Below are positions 51,762-62,810 of a stretch of DNA of 64,000 nucleotides, piece after piece. The stretch lies in NCBI GenBank assembly GCA_963555755.3, contig OY820905.2, positions 64,001 through 128,000 on the forward strand, given 5' to 3'. Within the stretch, counting starts at the first letter, position 1. Every line of letters starts with the position of its first letter. The DNA is from Nitrospirales bacterium (GTDB lineage: Bacteria; Nitrospirota; Nitrospiria; Nitrospirales; UBA8639). The position numbers and the translations under genes were made by a program. Below the pieces are notes generated by a model that saw only the letters and a program-made list of their open reading frames with translations, did no database searches and was not told the DNA's origin.

Positions 51762-52670
51762 ATGCCGAGGCCGACCCGCATTCAATACGCCGATGTCGTG
51801 TATCATGTCATGAACCGTGGAAGGGGGCGTCAGAGTATCTTTCATGGTGAGGCATACTTTCAGGCTTTTCTGACTACCCTCGAAGAGTCTCATCGTCGAT
51901 TTGATGCGGTGATTCATGCCTATTGTTTACTGTCGAACCACTACCATCTGCTCATTGAAACCCCGCGAGCAAATCTTGGACGGATCATGCGGCACGTGAA
52001 TGGGGTCTACACCCAGCGGTACAACCGGCTCACACACACGGACGGTCCCTTGTTCCGTGGCCGGTATAAAGCGATTGTTGTTCATGACGAAGCCTACTTG
52101 TTGCAAGTCAGTCGATATATTCATCTCAGCCCTGTTGAAGTGAAAGGGGCGTCGAGCCAGGGATTGGAGAGCTACCGGTGGTCCAGTTATCTTGCCTACA
52201 TCAATCGCACAAAGGCTGAGCGTTGGTTGGAACGTGATACCACCTATCAGATGCTAGGGCATCGACAACAATACGCTGGCTACAAAGCGTACGTTGAGCA
52301 AGGGGTTGATGATGAGTTGAGGGCCAAGTACGGGAAGGAGTATCTTCCCTGCGTGCTAGGTGATCACGTGTTTAAATCAATGCTGGCGAAGAAGCACAAA
52401 CAACTTCACGTATCCGGCAACCTCGTCAAGGGGTTGTCGAATCGTCCTGTCGTCAGGGAAATTCTCCAGGCCGTGGCGAACCGATTACATGTGAGGGTTG
52501 CCTCCTTAATGGGACGGCAATCTGGGCGCCCGTCATCCAACATGCCGAGAAAATTTGCAATGTATTGCTGTCAGCAATTGGGGGATGTGCCGTTACAAGA
52601 AATTGCTCGCGTGTTTGGGCTAACCCATGTAGGCAGTGTCTCCCCGTCGGTACAGGCTATAAAATCCTAA
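51762..52670 (+). CDS. REP-associated-type HUH tyrosine transposase (Y1) with C-terminal DnaA-like HTH
   Basis: YHVMNRG, NHYHLL, GPLFRGRY, YIH and YRWSSY motifs; frame continues ~22 codons past TAA 52668; degenerate GGGTCA-type IRs at 51711 and ~52744. Confidence 0.88.
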   Translation: MPRPTRIQYADVVYHVMNRGRGRQSIFHGEAYFQAFLTTLEESHRRFDAVIHAYCLLSNHYHLLIETPRANLGRIMRHVNGVYTQRYNRLTHTDGPLFRGRYKAIVVHDEAYLLQVSRYIHLSPVEVKGASSQGLESYRWSSYLAYINRTKAERWLERDTTYQMLGHRQQYAGYKAYVEQGVDDELRAKYGKEYLPCVLGDHVFKSMLAKKHKQLHVSGNLVKGLSNRPVVREILQAVANRLHVRVASLMGRQSGRPSSNMPRKFAMYCCQQLGDVPLQEIARVFGLTHVGSVSPSVQAIKS

Positions 52671-52947
52671 TTGGAGGCAGGATACCTTCGAGCTGAGTTG
52701 AATAAGGTGAGAAAAGATTTAGGTGTTATGAAATAGGCTTGCCCGCTTATTGTTGTGTGGGACATCTTATTCTTTATTTTTAGCCTACCCCCCTTTCCTT
52801 TGCCGCATCTTTTTCAAGAGTTTTTTTCATTTCACTGTCCTAGTTGATGAAAATTTAGGAATTGGGGCATTGGGGATAACGAATTCTGATTAAAAAAAGG
52901 TGGAGTCTCCTTTTTAACAAATTTCGTACGAAAGGTCCTGTCCCGGG

Positions 52948-54717
52948 TTATTGGTCCTTGACGACTCCCACCGGAACACGAATATTTGAAACCATATTAA
53001 TGATGTGATCAGGGGGGGCTTTTGTGAATGTGGCAACTGCAATGGCGACAGTAAAATTGACAATCATGCCGATGAACCCAATGCCCTCAGGGGAAATGCC
53101 CAAGAGCCAATTGTCAGGGATATTCGCGGATGGCTGCATCAGTTTGAAATACACAATATAGCTAAATGTGAAGATCATGCCGGTGAGCATTCCGGCAATG
53201 GCCCCTTCACGGTTCATGGATTTCATGAAAATTCCTAAAAACAGAGCCGGGAATATGGAGGCTGCTGCCAGGCCAAACGCAAACGCTACCACCTGCGCCA
53301 CAAAGGCGGGCGGGTAAATCCCAAAAAATCCGGCAACAATCACGGCGAATGCGGCTGCCAGTCTGGCGCTGAGCAGTTCCTGTTTTTCCGTTAAGGTCGT
53401 CATAAACGTTTTTTTCAACAGGTCATGCGAAATAGAAGTTGAGATCACTAATAAGAGCCCGGCAGCGGTTGAAAGCGCTGCCGCCAGACCACCGGCAGCA
53501 ACCAGCGCAATGACCCAACCCGGGAGATTGGAAATTTCCGGGTTGGCTAGTACCATGATGTCACGGTCCACATACACCTCGTTTGCGTTAGATGTCGGTG
53601 CGTTGTGGAGTGTGCGTTCGCCATAGTTCCCTCGACCTTCGGCATAGTGGGGCTTACCTCCTTCCAGCGCATCTCCTTTGTGATATTGCACAGCGCCATC
53701 GCCATTTTTGTCTATCCAGGCAATCAGCCCGATATTCTCCCAGTTTTTAAACCAGGAAGGGGTGCTCTGATACGGGGTGTTGTGTATGGTATCGACAAAG
53801 TTTAGCCTGGCGAATGCTGAGACCGCCGGTGCGGTGGTGTACAAAATGGCAATGAAGACCAATGCCCATCCGGCGGAACGTCTGGCATCAGAGACTTTGG
53901 GCACGGTAAAGAAGCGGACAATGACATGGGGGAGGCCAGCGGTCCCAATCATCAGAGCCGCGGTGATGGCAAAGATATCCAAGGTGGATTTGCTGCCAAC
54001 CGTATATTCATGAAACCCCAGATCAACGAGAACGCGATCCAGTTTTGCCAACACGGATAGCCCTGATCCATCGGTCAAGGTGGAACCGAGTCCTAATTGC
54101 GGGATGGGGTTGCCGGTCAGCAAAATGGAAATGAAAATGGCTGGGACTAGATACGCAAAGATGAGCACACAATATTGGGCAACCTGGGTGTAGGTAATGC
54201 CTTTCATCCCGCCAAGTACGGCATAGAAAAACACAATGGTCATGCCCACAAAGACACCAGTGTTGATGTCCACTTCCAGAAAGCGGGAGAAGACAATGCC
54301 TACACCCCGCATTTGTCCTGCCACATACGTAAAGGACACAATTAACAAACACAGGACCACGACGATCCTGGCCCACCGAGAGTAATACCGTTCCCCGACA
54401 AAATCAGGAACGGTAAACTGACCAAATTTCCGTAAATAGGGTGCCAGGAGGAAGGCGAGTAGCACGTACCCCCCGGTCCAGCCCATCAGGTACACCGAGC
54501 CATCATAGCCTATAAACGCGATGATGCCGGCCATCGAGATAAACGAGGCGGCACTCATCCAGTCAGCAGCGGTTGCCATTCCATTTAAGATGGGGGGCAC
54601 ATGGCCTCCCGCCACATAAAACTCTTTTGTCGATGTGGCCCGGGACCAGATCGCAATTCCGATATAGAGTCCAAAGCTCAGCCCCACAAAGAGGTAGGTT
54701 ATCATTTGGGTGCTCAT
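52948..54717 (-). CDS. Cation/acetate-type sodium:solute symporter (ActP-like)
   Basis: ADWMSAASF, GGMKGITYTQ, GTAGLPHV and AAALSTAAGLL motifs. Confidence 0.9.
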   Translation of the reverse strand: MSTQMITYLFVGLSFGLYIGIAIWSRATSTKEFYVAGGHVPPILNGMATAADWMSAASFISMAGIIAFIGYDGSVYLMGWTGGYVLLAFLLAPYLRKFGQFTVPDFVGERYYSRWARIVVVLCLLIVSFTYVAGQMRGVGIVFSRFLEVDINTGVFVGMTIVFFYAVLGGMKGITYTQVAQYCVLIFAYLVPAIFISILLTGNPIPQLGLGSTLTDGSGLSVLAKLDRVLVDLGFHEYTVGSKSTLDIFAITAALMIGTAGLPHVIVRFFTVPKVSDARRSAGWALVFIAILYTTAPAVSAFARLNFVDTIHNTPYQSTPSWFKNWENIGLIAWIDKNGDGAVQYHKGDALEGGKPHYAEGRGNYGERTLHNAPTSNANEVYVDRDIMVLANPEISNLPGWVIALVAAGGLAAALSTAAGLLLVISTSISHDLLKKTFMTTLTEKQELLSARLAAAFAVIVAGFFGIYPPAFVAQVVAFAFGLAAASIFPALFLGIFMKSMNREGAIAGMLTGMIFTFSYIVYFKLMQPSANIPDNWLLGISPEGIGFIGMIVNFTVAIAVATFTKAPPDHIINMVSNIRVPVGVVKDQ

Positions 54718-55043
54718 GTGGGTGTCTCTCCCTCATCCTCATCAGGAAGGTCGTAGCTGTCGGGTTCAAAGTCGTCATCGATGTTGAAGGATTTTTCAAG
54801 CCGGTGCATTTTGTGGGAATAAATAAAAATGAGAATGACAAAAGCAAGGATTGAGCCCTGTTGGGCAAACCAGAAGCCGAGTTTAAATCCAAAAAAATGA
54901 AATTGGTTTAACACATCGACAAAGAAAATCCCGGCACCAAAAGACACAACAAACCAGACGGCCAGCAGTTTCACAAGAAGTGCAATATTGGCCCGCCAGT
55001 ATTTTTCGGCTACAATTTTTGAAATTGTCTGCTTGTTTGACAT
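54714..55043 (-). CDS. DUF4212 small membrane partner of the symporter
   Basis: YWRAN..WFVVSFG..LGFWFAQQGSI. Confidence 0.88.
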   Translation of the reverse strand: MSNKQTISKIVAEKYWRANIALLVKLLAVWFVVSFGAGIFFVDVLNQFHFFGFKLGFWFAQQGSILAFVILIFIYSHKMHRLEKSFNIDDDFEPDSYDLPDEDEGETPT

Positions 55044-55772
55044 GTGTACCTTCCCTGGTGTGAGGGAGGGTAGGGTATTCTCACCTTAGGTTCAACCACA
55101 AAATCAAAAAGGGTCAGACTCGATTAAAAGGTGAATTTTTGAGATTTTCTGCCAGAAGGTCACGTTCATTTGATCCTGGCCCCAATGCAATGTATTTCTG
55201 GTTGCCGTGTTGCCCTCCCTGACCCACTGTCGGCCAATTTTACAGTATCCCTCATATCCTCAAGACCTGCATGAAATCTAGCGTTTCTTTGCTGGCCCAT
55301 AGAGATTGCCTTCGTTTTTCACCCAACCTGTCAAGATTTTTTGCGGAATGCGTAAACGACGTAAAGACTTATGAATCGAGGTGATTGTACGATTGGTCGC
55401 ATCATTGTGCGGAATAACGTCGGAATTCTTTACATTTTTAAAGATCGGTGACCTCTGTCGTTTGTCCTTCTGAGGTTCTACCAATTGGAAACTTTGTGGA
55501 GGATAAAAGAATTTATTAGTCGATCGTGACCATCTCTTTCCTTTTTTGATCCCGTCAAAAGATGGTACAGGGTTTGCGAACAAGTATATCAGGGACCATA
55601 GGGGTGGCCTTGTCTCACCTATCTCTTATTGATTTGAAAATTGTGTTGGTGATAGATCGGCGAATGGCTCTCCAGCGTTCTACAATAGATTCTTCTTTCT
55701 CGGACTCCCGATTTAGGGGTGCACAGGTAAATAGGATGCCTTGACCGTCGTACATGTTGGGGAGGATGAGCG

Positions 55773-56815
55773 ATGAACAATCAATTAGAAAAAACCAATC
55801 ATTTTAAGGTGGCACCACAATATAAAAATGAATGGTGGAAGAAACCTTTTGCTTTATGGGTAGGGGGTATCTTCGTCCTTTGCCTAATAATTGGTTTGAG
55901 CTTCTTAACGAACACGGTTATGGGTGGTTTAGATCACTCTCTCCATGAGGGTGCTTCTGACTTGACCCAAAAGCATTCTCTTGGAAAGAGCATGGAGGGG
56001 TTACCTTCCTCCAGCTATGGGAACCCTTCGACTCACCATTCTCATGAAGAACCAAACCATCACGATCATGTCATGAAGACTGTGACCCATGATGGAGGTG
56101 GGGAGGGGATTCAATATGATCTGAATATAAAAACTGGAGACTCAATTGCGGCCAAACCCGTGATACTTTTGCTGAAACCCATACGAGTGAATAACCCATA
56201 TGCTCCGGTCCCGTTGGCTGTGGTGCACGAGAAAAAATCCATCTGTTGATTGTCAGTAAAGACCTTTCCTACTTTGCACATGAAACTCCGGTGGAGAAGG
56301 AAGAGGGGTATTATGTCTTGAGTCATACCTTTCCAACGGGTGGAGAATATGTCCTTTTTGCCGACTATACCCCGATTGGGGGACACGAAAAAGTAAAGAG
56401 ACATCATATTATTGTGACTCCATATCATCCTCATGATGTGAAATCCCGTGCTGGTGCTGATGTCAAAACGCAAGACCTCATCTGGGAAGCGAATGGGTAT
56501 AGGGTTTCCTTAGCGACACAAAATGGCTCGGGCTCGTTTACAGCAAATACGCCAGTTGTGTTAAAGGCGAACGTGACTAAGAATGGCAAAGCCGTGAGGG
56601 ATTTGAGCCCTTTCCTTGGGGCGTTAGCGCATATGGCGATTTTTAGCAAAGATACAAAAGAATTTCTACACGTGCACCCTTTGGAGGTTATTGGTGGGGG
56701 GCCTAATATTCTGTTAGCCACCAATTTCACGAATCCAGGCTTATACAAAATTTGGATGGGTTTCAATCATCAAAACACGATCCAGACATCTGCCTTTGTG
56801 GTTCAGGCACACTAA
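55773..56815 (+). pseudogene. His-rich exported putative metal-binding protein, frameshift in an A6 run near 56237
   Basis: One extra A would give HEKKIHLLIVSKDL; FLGALAH and FLHVHP motifs. Confidence 0.7.
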
Positions 56816-56883
56816 ATTCACATGTGTGGCAACGGAAGGACCCACAACAGCGTAGGTACCCAGCACATCACACTATCGTTAAA

Positions 56884-57046
56884 CCTAGAAACGGCAGTTG
56901 GGCGCAAAAAAGCCGTGTAAGGTATTGGCGTACATGGTGAAATAAAAAAAGTCGAGGTCACCTCGGTGGTGATGAGACATTTTTTTATTTTGCCAGGTGC
57001 GTCAAGAACTTGCGCGGACTTTTGTGATCCAACTGCTGTTTCTAGG
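56884..57046. mobile_element. 163-bp empty MITE of the CCTAGAAACGG family
   Basis: TIRs; 5-bp DR TTAAA on both sides. Confidence 0.88.
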
Positions 57047-57160
57047 TTAAAGGCTTGTCCGTACTTTTGGAATGTCAGATCAAGTCGATCTGCAGGAGTT
57101 TGTGCGGGAATCGGAACAATAAATTTTCTTTCCAGTTTTCCCGTATTGTCGTGGAACGGA

Positions 57161-59008
57161 TTATTCCTTGGCGCTCGCGGCGCGGGTAATGGCGCGGTGT
57201 CGGCGGCGTTCGTTGTCGGTGAGATAGCGTTTGCGGAGGCGGATGTGTTTGGGGGTGACTTCGACGAGTTCATCATCTTCAATGAATTCTAAGGCAAATT
57301 CTAAGGTCATCTCGCGTGGGGGAGTAAGATGGATGGCTTCATCGGAACCTGCGGCTCGAATGTTGGTCTGCTTCTTTTCCCGAATGGCGTTGACTACCAG
57401 ATCTTGCCCTTTGTTGTTCACACCAAGGATCATGCCCTCATACATGGGATCGCCGGGATGAATGAAGATCTCTCCGCGATCTTGCAAGCCCCAAAGCGCA
57501 TAGGGCACCGCTCCACCCGGGCCTTGAGATATTTGGACACCCGCCGATCGTTGTGGCACTTCACCTTTAAAGGGTTGGTATTCCAGGAAGATCTGGGACA
57601 TGACACCAGTACCGCGTGTCATCATGAGTAACTCGCTTCGAAAGCCCAGCAACGCGCGTGAGGCAATATGAAATTCCATGCGAATGGTCCCCACGGCGCT
57701 CACTTGCATGTCCATCATTTCGGAGCGCCGCTTGCCTAATGCTTCGATGACTGCGCCTTGGTAGCCCGAATCGACTTCAATGACGACTTCTTCAATCGGC
57801 TCAAGCATATCACCATCGATTTCTTTAAAAATGACCTTAGGCGGCGAGACTTCTAGTTCAAAGCCTTCTCGACGCATGGTCTCAATCAAGATCGCCAAGT
57901 GCAATTCTCCACGGCCGGATACTTTAAACCGTTCGCCGCCATCCACTTCTTCCACCTTGATCCCAACATTCATCATTGCTTCATGTGCCAGACGTTCTCG
58001 AATGTGTCGTGAGGTGAGAAATCGTCCACCATCTTTTCCGGACAACGGGCTGGTGTTATGGGAGAAGTTCATCGAGATCGTGGGCTCGTCCACATTGACG
58101 GTTGGCAAGGCGACGGGGTGGCTTGGAGAAGCCAAAGTTTCACCCACTCGCACGTCTTGCACGCCAGCTAAGGAAATAATATCGCCGGCTTTGGCTGAGT
58201 CACAGTTTATTCGTGCGAGACCCTGGTAGGCGAGAATTTTTGTGACTTTGTTGCGGATGTGTTTGCCGTCACGCGTGATTAACATAACGGGGTCGCCTAC
58301 GCGTATCGATCCGTGGACGATGCGACCGACAGCAATGCGGCCAATGTACGAATCATATTCGAGGATCGTGACTAGCATTTGAAATGGTTTGTCCGAATCA
58401 GCCACGGGTGGAAGTACGCGATGAATAATGGTGTCCAGAAGAGGTTTCATATCTTGGTTGTTTTCATTCAAATCCATTGTGGTGCGACCTTGTTTTCCCG
58501 AGGCAAAGACAATCGGAAAGTCTAGTTGCTCGTCTGTGGCATTCAATTCGCAAAACAAGTCAAATGTTTGGTCGACGACCTCGTTCGGTCGGGCATTCGG
58601 TCGGTCAATTTTGTTGATCACGACAATGGGTTTGAGGTGGAGTTCGAGCGACTTTTTCAGGACGAACTTGGTTTGTGGCATGGGGCCTTCAAAGGCATCG
58701 ACTAAAAGAAGGACGCCATCCACTAATCTTAGGATGCGTTCAACCTCGCTGCCAAAGTCTGCATGGCCGGGGGTATCGACGAGATTAATCAGAATGTCTT
58801 TGTATCGCATGGACGCGTTTTTGGAAAAGATCGTGATGCCGCGTTCTTTTTCAAGAGGGTTGGAATCCATGATGACCGTTTCGCCCTCTTTAAACACATG
58901 TGCCCCGGTCTGCTTCAAGAGGGCATCCACAAGCGTGGTTTTTCCATGATCGACATGGGCGATGATGGCAATGTTCCGAACGTCTTTACGTCGTGTTTGA
59001 TTTGGCAT
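57161..59008 (-). CDS. typA: Translational GTPase TypA/BipA
   Basis: IAHVDHGKTT, ERGITI, DTPGHADF, NKID and GRGELHL motifs. Confidence 0.96.
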   Translation of the reverse strand: MPNQTRRKDVRNIAIIAHVDHGKTTLVDALLKQTGAHVFKEGETVIMDSNPLEKERGITIFSKNASMRYKDILINLVDTPGHADFGSEVERILRLVDGVLLLVDAFEGPMPQTKFVLKKSLELHLKPIVVINKIDRPNARPNEVVDQTFDLFCELNATDEQLDFPIVFASGKQGRTTMDLNENNQDMKPLLDTIIHRVLPPVADSDKPFQMLVTILEYDSYIGRIAVGRIVHGSIRVGDPVMLITRDGKHIRNKVTKILAYQGLARINCDSAKAGDIISLAGVQDVRVGETLASPSHPVALPTVNVDEPTISMNFSHNTSPLSGKDGGRFLTSRHIRERLAHEAMMNVGIKVEEVDGGERFKVSGRGELHLAILIETMRREGFELEVSPPKVIFKEIDGDMLEPIEEVVIEVDSGYQGAVIEALGKRRSEMMDMQVSAVGTIRMEFHIASRALLGFRSELLMMTRGTGVMSQIFLEYQPFKGEVPQRSAGVQISQGPGGAVPYALWGLQDRGEIFIHPGDPMYEGMILGVNNKGQDLVVNAIREKKQTNIRAAGSDEAIHLTPPREMTLEFALEFIEDDELVEVTPKHIRLRKRYLTDNERRRHRAITRAASAKE

Positions 59009-59387
59009 ATTCGTGAGTCTCCGTGGTGCATGCGTTTGCCTATTGGCATGCACGGCAATTCCTCTGTGCGTAATCTGCTCTCGAAACTGAAAGGTGATGC
59101 TTCAGCAAAGATACCGACAGGAACTGCCGGAAGAAGGCGTGTTCCAAACGAGAGGCCAGTCGAATGTTCAAACTACTCTATAGACCTTCAGATTGCAACT
59201 GAGTTTCTCTCCAAAGAGATTGTGGTCATTTTGTGAAGAAGCTTGTCGAGAAATCGGCATGTTGCTTGGGAGGGGATATCTCGCTTTTCCAGGGTGTTCA
59301 GAAGGAATCATCATTAAATTGAGCCATGGGTGAGCGATGTCTGGGGGAAGGTGCTGAATGTCACGGATGAAGAGAATGCCAAGAATT

Positions 59388-59816
59388 TCAGTCCCCGCCT
59401 TCGAAGGCGTCTTCATCAAATTCTGGCATGAGTGCTTCCTGCTTGCCAAGGCCACCCCGAAACGATTCTTGAATATTCATGACTTGCTTGGCGGTCACCG
59501 ATCCCTCCAACGACTTTCCAAATTGGTTGAGGAATTGATTGCAGAGTTCCAGCCCTTTCTGAAAATGGCGCGGGATTGTTTCCTCGGTCACCTGTTGCCA
59601 CGTGATATAAATGAGAAACTCTTGAAATCCTTGAGCCTGGGGTAGCTGCTCGCCAATCTTTTGAAGTCGTTCATACGCCTGTTTCGCTTCAGGTCCTGCA
59701 TCCGAGGAAAAGGTTTCTTCGTCCTCAGCGATTTGGTCTGCCAATTCACCTAAATCATCGGCTTCTTGGGCTCGGTGAAATGCTTGTTGGGCCGCGATGG
59801 CAGGATCAAAGTTCAT
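59388..59816 (-). CDS. Hypothetical acidic helical protein
   Basis: GAGG RBS, protein-like composition. Confidence 0.7.
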   Translation of the reverse strand: MNFDPAIAAQQAFHRAQEADDLGELADQIAEDEETFSSDAGPEAKQAYERLQKIGEQLPQAQGFQEFLIYITWQQVTEETIPRHFQKGLELCNQFLNQFGKSLEGSVTAKQVMNIQESFRGGLGKQEALMPEFDEDAFEGGD

Positions 59817-59842
59817 GGTTCCTCGTGACTACTTAGGTTGTT

Positions 59843-59985
59843 AGGCTGAAGGCTGAAGAAGGCTGAAGGTTAAAGGCTGAAGGCTGAAGGCGGAAGGCGG
59901 AAGGTTTTTAGTCGAAGCCTTAATCCGAGCGTGAAGTTATGAGTGGTAGCCTTCAGCCTATAACCTTCAGCCTTCAGCCTTCAGG
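59843..59985. repeat. GGCTGAA heptamer tracts with inverted TTCAGCC tracts
   Basis: Direct reading. Confidence 0.8.
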
Positions 59986-60056
59986 TCCTCACTGTACCAT
60001 CTTGCTCAATGCTTCTGCTATAGCCTATACACCATGTACGTAAAAGGAGGGGATTC

Positions 60057-61868
60057 GTGTCCGCGCTCATTCATTGTCAACAGATTTCCAAGGCCTTTGG
60101 TGTTAAACAACTATTTGCCAATCTTACCCTTGGCGTGGATGAGAAGGATCGTCTTGGGATTGTGGGTCCCAATGGGGCGGGCAAATCTACGCTTCTGAAG
60201 ATCATGGCTGGGTTGGAAAAAGTTGACGAAGGGGAGGTGACCCGCCGCCAGCATCTTCGAATAGCCTATGTTGCGCAAGAAGAAGAGTTCCCAGCTCAGT
60301 CAACGGTGGCTGAAGTGCTTGAACATGCTGGTGAGGCAGCAGGCTTGCCGCAGGACGAATGTCTGGCTCGTACTCAAGAGGTGTTAGGACGGACGGGGTT
60401 TGAGCATGGTGGAGTGATTGTCGGACCGCTATCTGGCGGGTGGAAAAAACGCCTGGCGATTGCCTGTGGGTGGGTGCAATCGCCGGATATGATGTTGTTG
60501 GATGAACCCACGAATCATCTTGATTTCGATGGGTTGGCGTGGCTTGAATCACTCATGGCCCAAAGCCCATGGCCCTGGGTCATGGTGAGCCACGATCGGT
60601 GGTTGTTGGATCACGCGACGAATACAATTGGCGAACTCAATAGTCGATACCCTGAAGGGATGCTCCTCATACAAGGATCATACCGTGAGTTCCTGGATCA
60701 GCGTGAGGCGTATCATGAGACCCAGGCACAGCAAGCCCAGGCCTTGGCGGGAAAAGTTCGACGAGAAGAAGAGTGGCTTCGGCGCGGACCCAAGGCGAGA
60801 ACCACCAAGGCGAAGTATCGTGTGAATATGGCGCATGCCTTGCAAAAGGAGCTGGCGGAAACCAAGGCTCGATTGCGGCAACAAGGTACCGCCATTGATT
60901 TTGTCGGCTCGGGGAGGAAAACCAAACGGTTGATTGCCGCGGAGCATCTTCACAAGGCTTTTGGTTCAATCACGCTCTTTCAAGATTTTGAGTTGATCCT
61001 GTCCCCTGGAATGGCCGTGGGCATTTTAGGGCGCAATGGGTCTGGCAAATCCACGCTTCTCAAGCTGTTGGCGAAGACAATCGAACCTGATCAAGGAACT
61101 GTTGGTCATGCCGATGCGTTGCACGTGGTGTATTTTGATCAGCATCGTGAACAACTCAATCCTCAAGACACGCTCCGAAAGACCTTATCGGATACCGGGC
61201 ATACCGTCACCTATCGAGATCGCACTATCCATCTCGCGGCATGGGCCAAACGTTTTCGCTTTCAGCCAGAGCAATTAGATTTGCCTGTGGAACTTCTCTC
61301 GGGAGGGGAAAAGGCCAAGGCGTTGATCGCTCGGCTAATGTTGCAACCTGCGGATGTCTTGATTGTCGATGAGCCAACCAATGATTTAGATATTCCGACG
61401 CGTGAAGTGTTGGAGGAAAGTTTGCTAGAATTTTCAGGCGCCCTGGTCTTAGTCACTCACGATCGGTATATGTTGACTCGCCTGTGCACGCAATTTGTGG
61501 GATTGGATGGATACGGGGCACATGGGACGTTCGCCGAATATCAGCAATGGGAAGCATGGCTTCGGCGACAGTTGAAACATCGAGAAGAACAGGAGGAACA
61601 CAATCGTTTATCGAATGTCCGATCAAAGGGATCCTCGACCAAAAAGCTGACGTATCGTGAGCAAAAAGAATACGATTCTTTCGAAGCCAACATTCTCCAC
61701 GCCGAGTCTGCCGTAGAACGGTGCCAAGCAACAGTTGCAGATCCGACCGTGGTCTCGGATCATATCCAGCTACAAGATGCGTATGAAGCCTTGCAGTTGG
61801 CTGAACGCCAAGTTGCGAAACTGTATGAACGGTGGAGTGAATTGGAAGCTAAACAGCAGAGTGGCTAA
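60057..61868 (+). CDS. uup: ABC-F ATPase (Uup-like)
   Basis: Two Walker A/LSGG/DEPTN sets, WLRRGPKARTTK linker, KKLTY C-terminal domain. Confidence 0.9.
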   Translation: MSALIHCQQISKAFGVKQLFANLTLGVDEKDRLGIVGPNGAGKSTLLKIMAGLEKVDEGEVTRRQHLRIAYVAQEEEFPAQSTVAEVLEHAGEAAGLPQDECLARTQEVLGRTGFEHGGVIVGPLSGGWKKRLAIACGWVQSPDMMLLDEPTNHLDFDGLAWLESLMAQSPWPWVMVSHDRWLLDHATNTIGELNSRYPEGMLLIQGSYREFLDQREAYHETQAQQAQALAGKVRREEEWLRRGPKARTTKAKYRVNMAHALQKELAETKARLRQQGTAIDFVGSGRKTKRLIAAEHLHKAFGSITLFQDFELILSPGMAVGILGRNGSGKSTLLKLLAKTIEPDQGTVGHADALHVVYFDQHREQLNPQDTLRKTLSDTGHTVTYRDRTIHLAAWAKRFRFQPEQLDLPVELLSGGEKAKALIARLMLQPADVLIVDEPTNDLDIPTREVLEESLLEFSGALVLVTHDRYMLTRLCTQFVGLDGYGAHGTFAEYQQWEAWLRRQLKHREEQEEHNRLSNVRSKGSSTKKLTYREQKEYDSFEANILHAESAVERCQATVADPTVVSDHIQLQDAYEALQLAERQVAKLYERWSELEAKQQSG

Positions 61869-61972
61869 GGATACGTTGTTTCGTCTTTTAATCTTTTTGT
61901 TGGCAATTTGATGATTCCGCACTTGAAGTAAAAATAAATTTCAGATTGTTATCTGTGTGGTATAGTGCGTTC

Positions 61973-62521
61973 ATGAATCGATTCCCATTAGGTATTTTGC
62001 TTCTATGTCTTGCGCTCGGCTCAGGTTGCGCCGCCGGACCAAGCCCCATTCCGGAGGCGCTCCTTCCGCAAATAGACAAGAGCGTGTCATTTGCTCAACT
62101 CCTTGAAAACCCTGAGGCGTATGTGGGTACCGTCGTGGTGTTAGGTGGGCAGGTGCTTCAAGCCAAGCGGCTTGCAGATGCGACACGCATTGAGGTGTTG
62201 CAGCTACCGTTGGGAGATTCGGAAAGGCCGGTTTCCCAGCGCACGTCCTCTCAAGGACGATTTCTTGCCTTTGAAAAAACATTTCTTGATCCAGCCACCT
62301 TGTCAGACCAGCCTCAAGTCACCATTGTTGGCGAAGTGACGGGCCTCGCGACCGCCAGCCTCGATGAGACGGAATACCGCTATCCCACCATTGCCATCAA
62401 ACACATGCACGTCTGGGATACTCAAGCTCAGGACCAACAACAAGGTTTCGGAGTTGGTTTGGGTATTGGCGGTGGAGGTGGCGGTTTCGGCGGCGGTATT
62501 GGAATCGGCACCGGATTCTAA
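61973..62521 (+). CDS. Slp family outer-membrane lipoprotein
   Basis: GSGC lipobox; GG..IEVLQLPL..GRFLA..FLDPA..Y.YP. Confidence 0.88.
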   Translation: MNRFPLGILLLCLALGSGCAAGPSPIPEALLPQIDKSVSFAQLLENPEAYVGTVVVLGGQVLQAKRLADATRIEVLQLPLGDSERPVSQRTSSQGRFLAFEKTFLDPATLSDQPQVTIVGEVTGLATASLDETEYRYPTIAIKHMHVWDTQAQDQQQGFGVGLGIGGGGGGFGGGIGIGTGF

Positions 62522-62610
62522 CCGCGCGTGCGTCAAAGCGTTCCGTTAACTCTCCAGACCTGTAGATTTATTTCCCCTCTTGTCCCCTTCATCCCAACCT
62601 TCTTACATTA

Positions 62611-62751
62611 GGGCACCTCTAAAAACCAGGCATTTTTTGTGAGGGCAAGGAAGCCGCGCGCGGAAAACCGGAGTGTATGGGCGAATACATGAGGATTTGA
62701 GCACGCGACTGACGCCGCCATCACGGAAAAGGACGGTTTTTAGAGGTGCCC
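62611..62751. mobile_element. 141-bp MITE, TIR GGGCACCTCTAAAAACC, 4-bp DR ATTA
   Basis: Direct reading. Confidence 0.8.
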
Positions 62752-62810
62752 ATTATTGTTCCGCCGGTGATGGTGAAAGTTCGCTGACATCGAGTAGGAC
62801 CCCTTAAGGT

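Noticed and set aside
56247..56249. Selenocysteine or readthrough at TGA
   Set aside because: The downstream coding sequence is in a different frame, so a frameshift explains it
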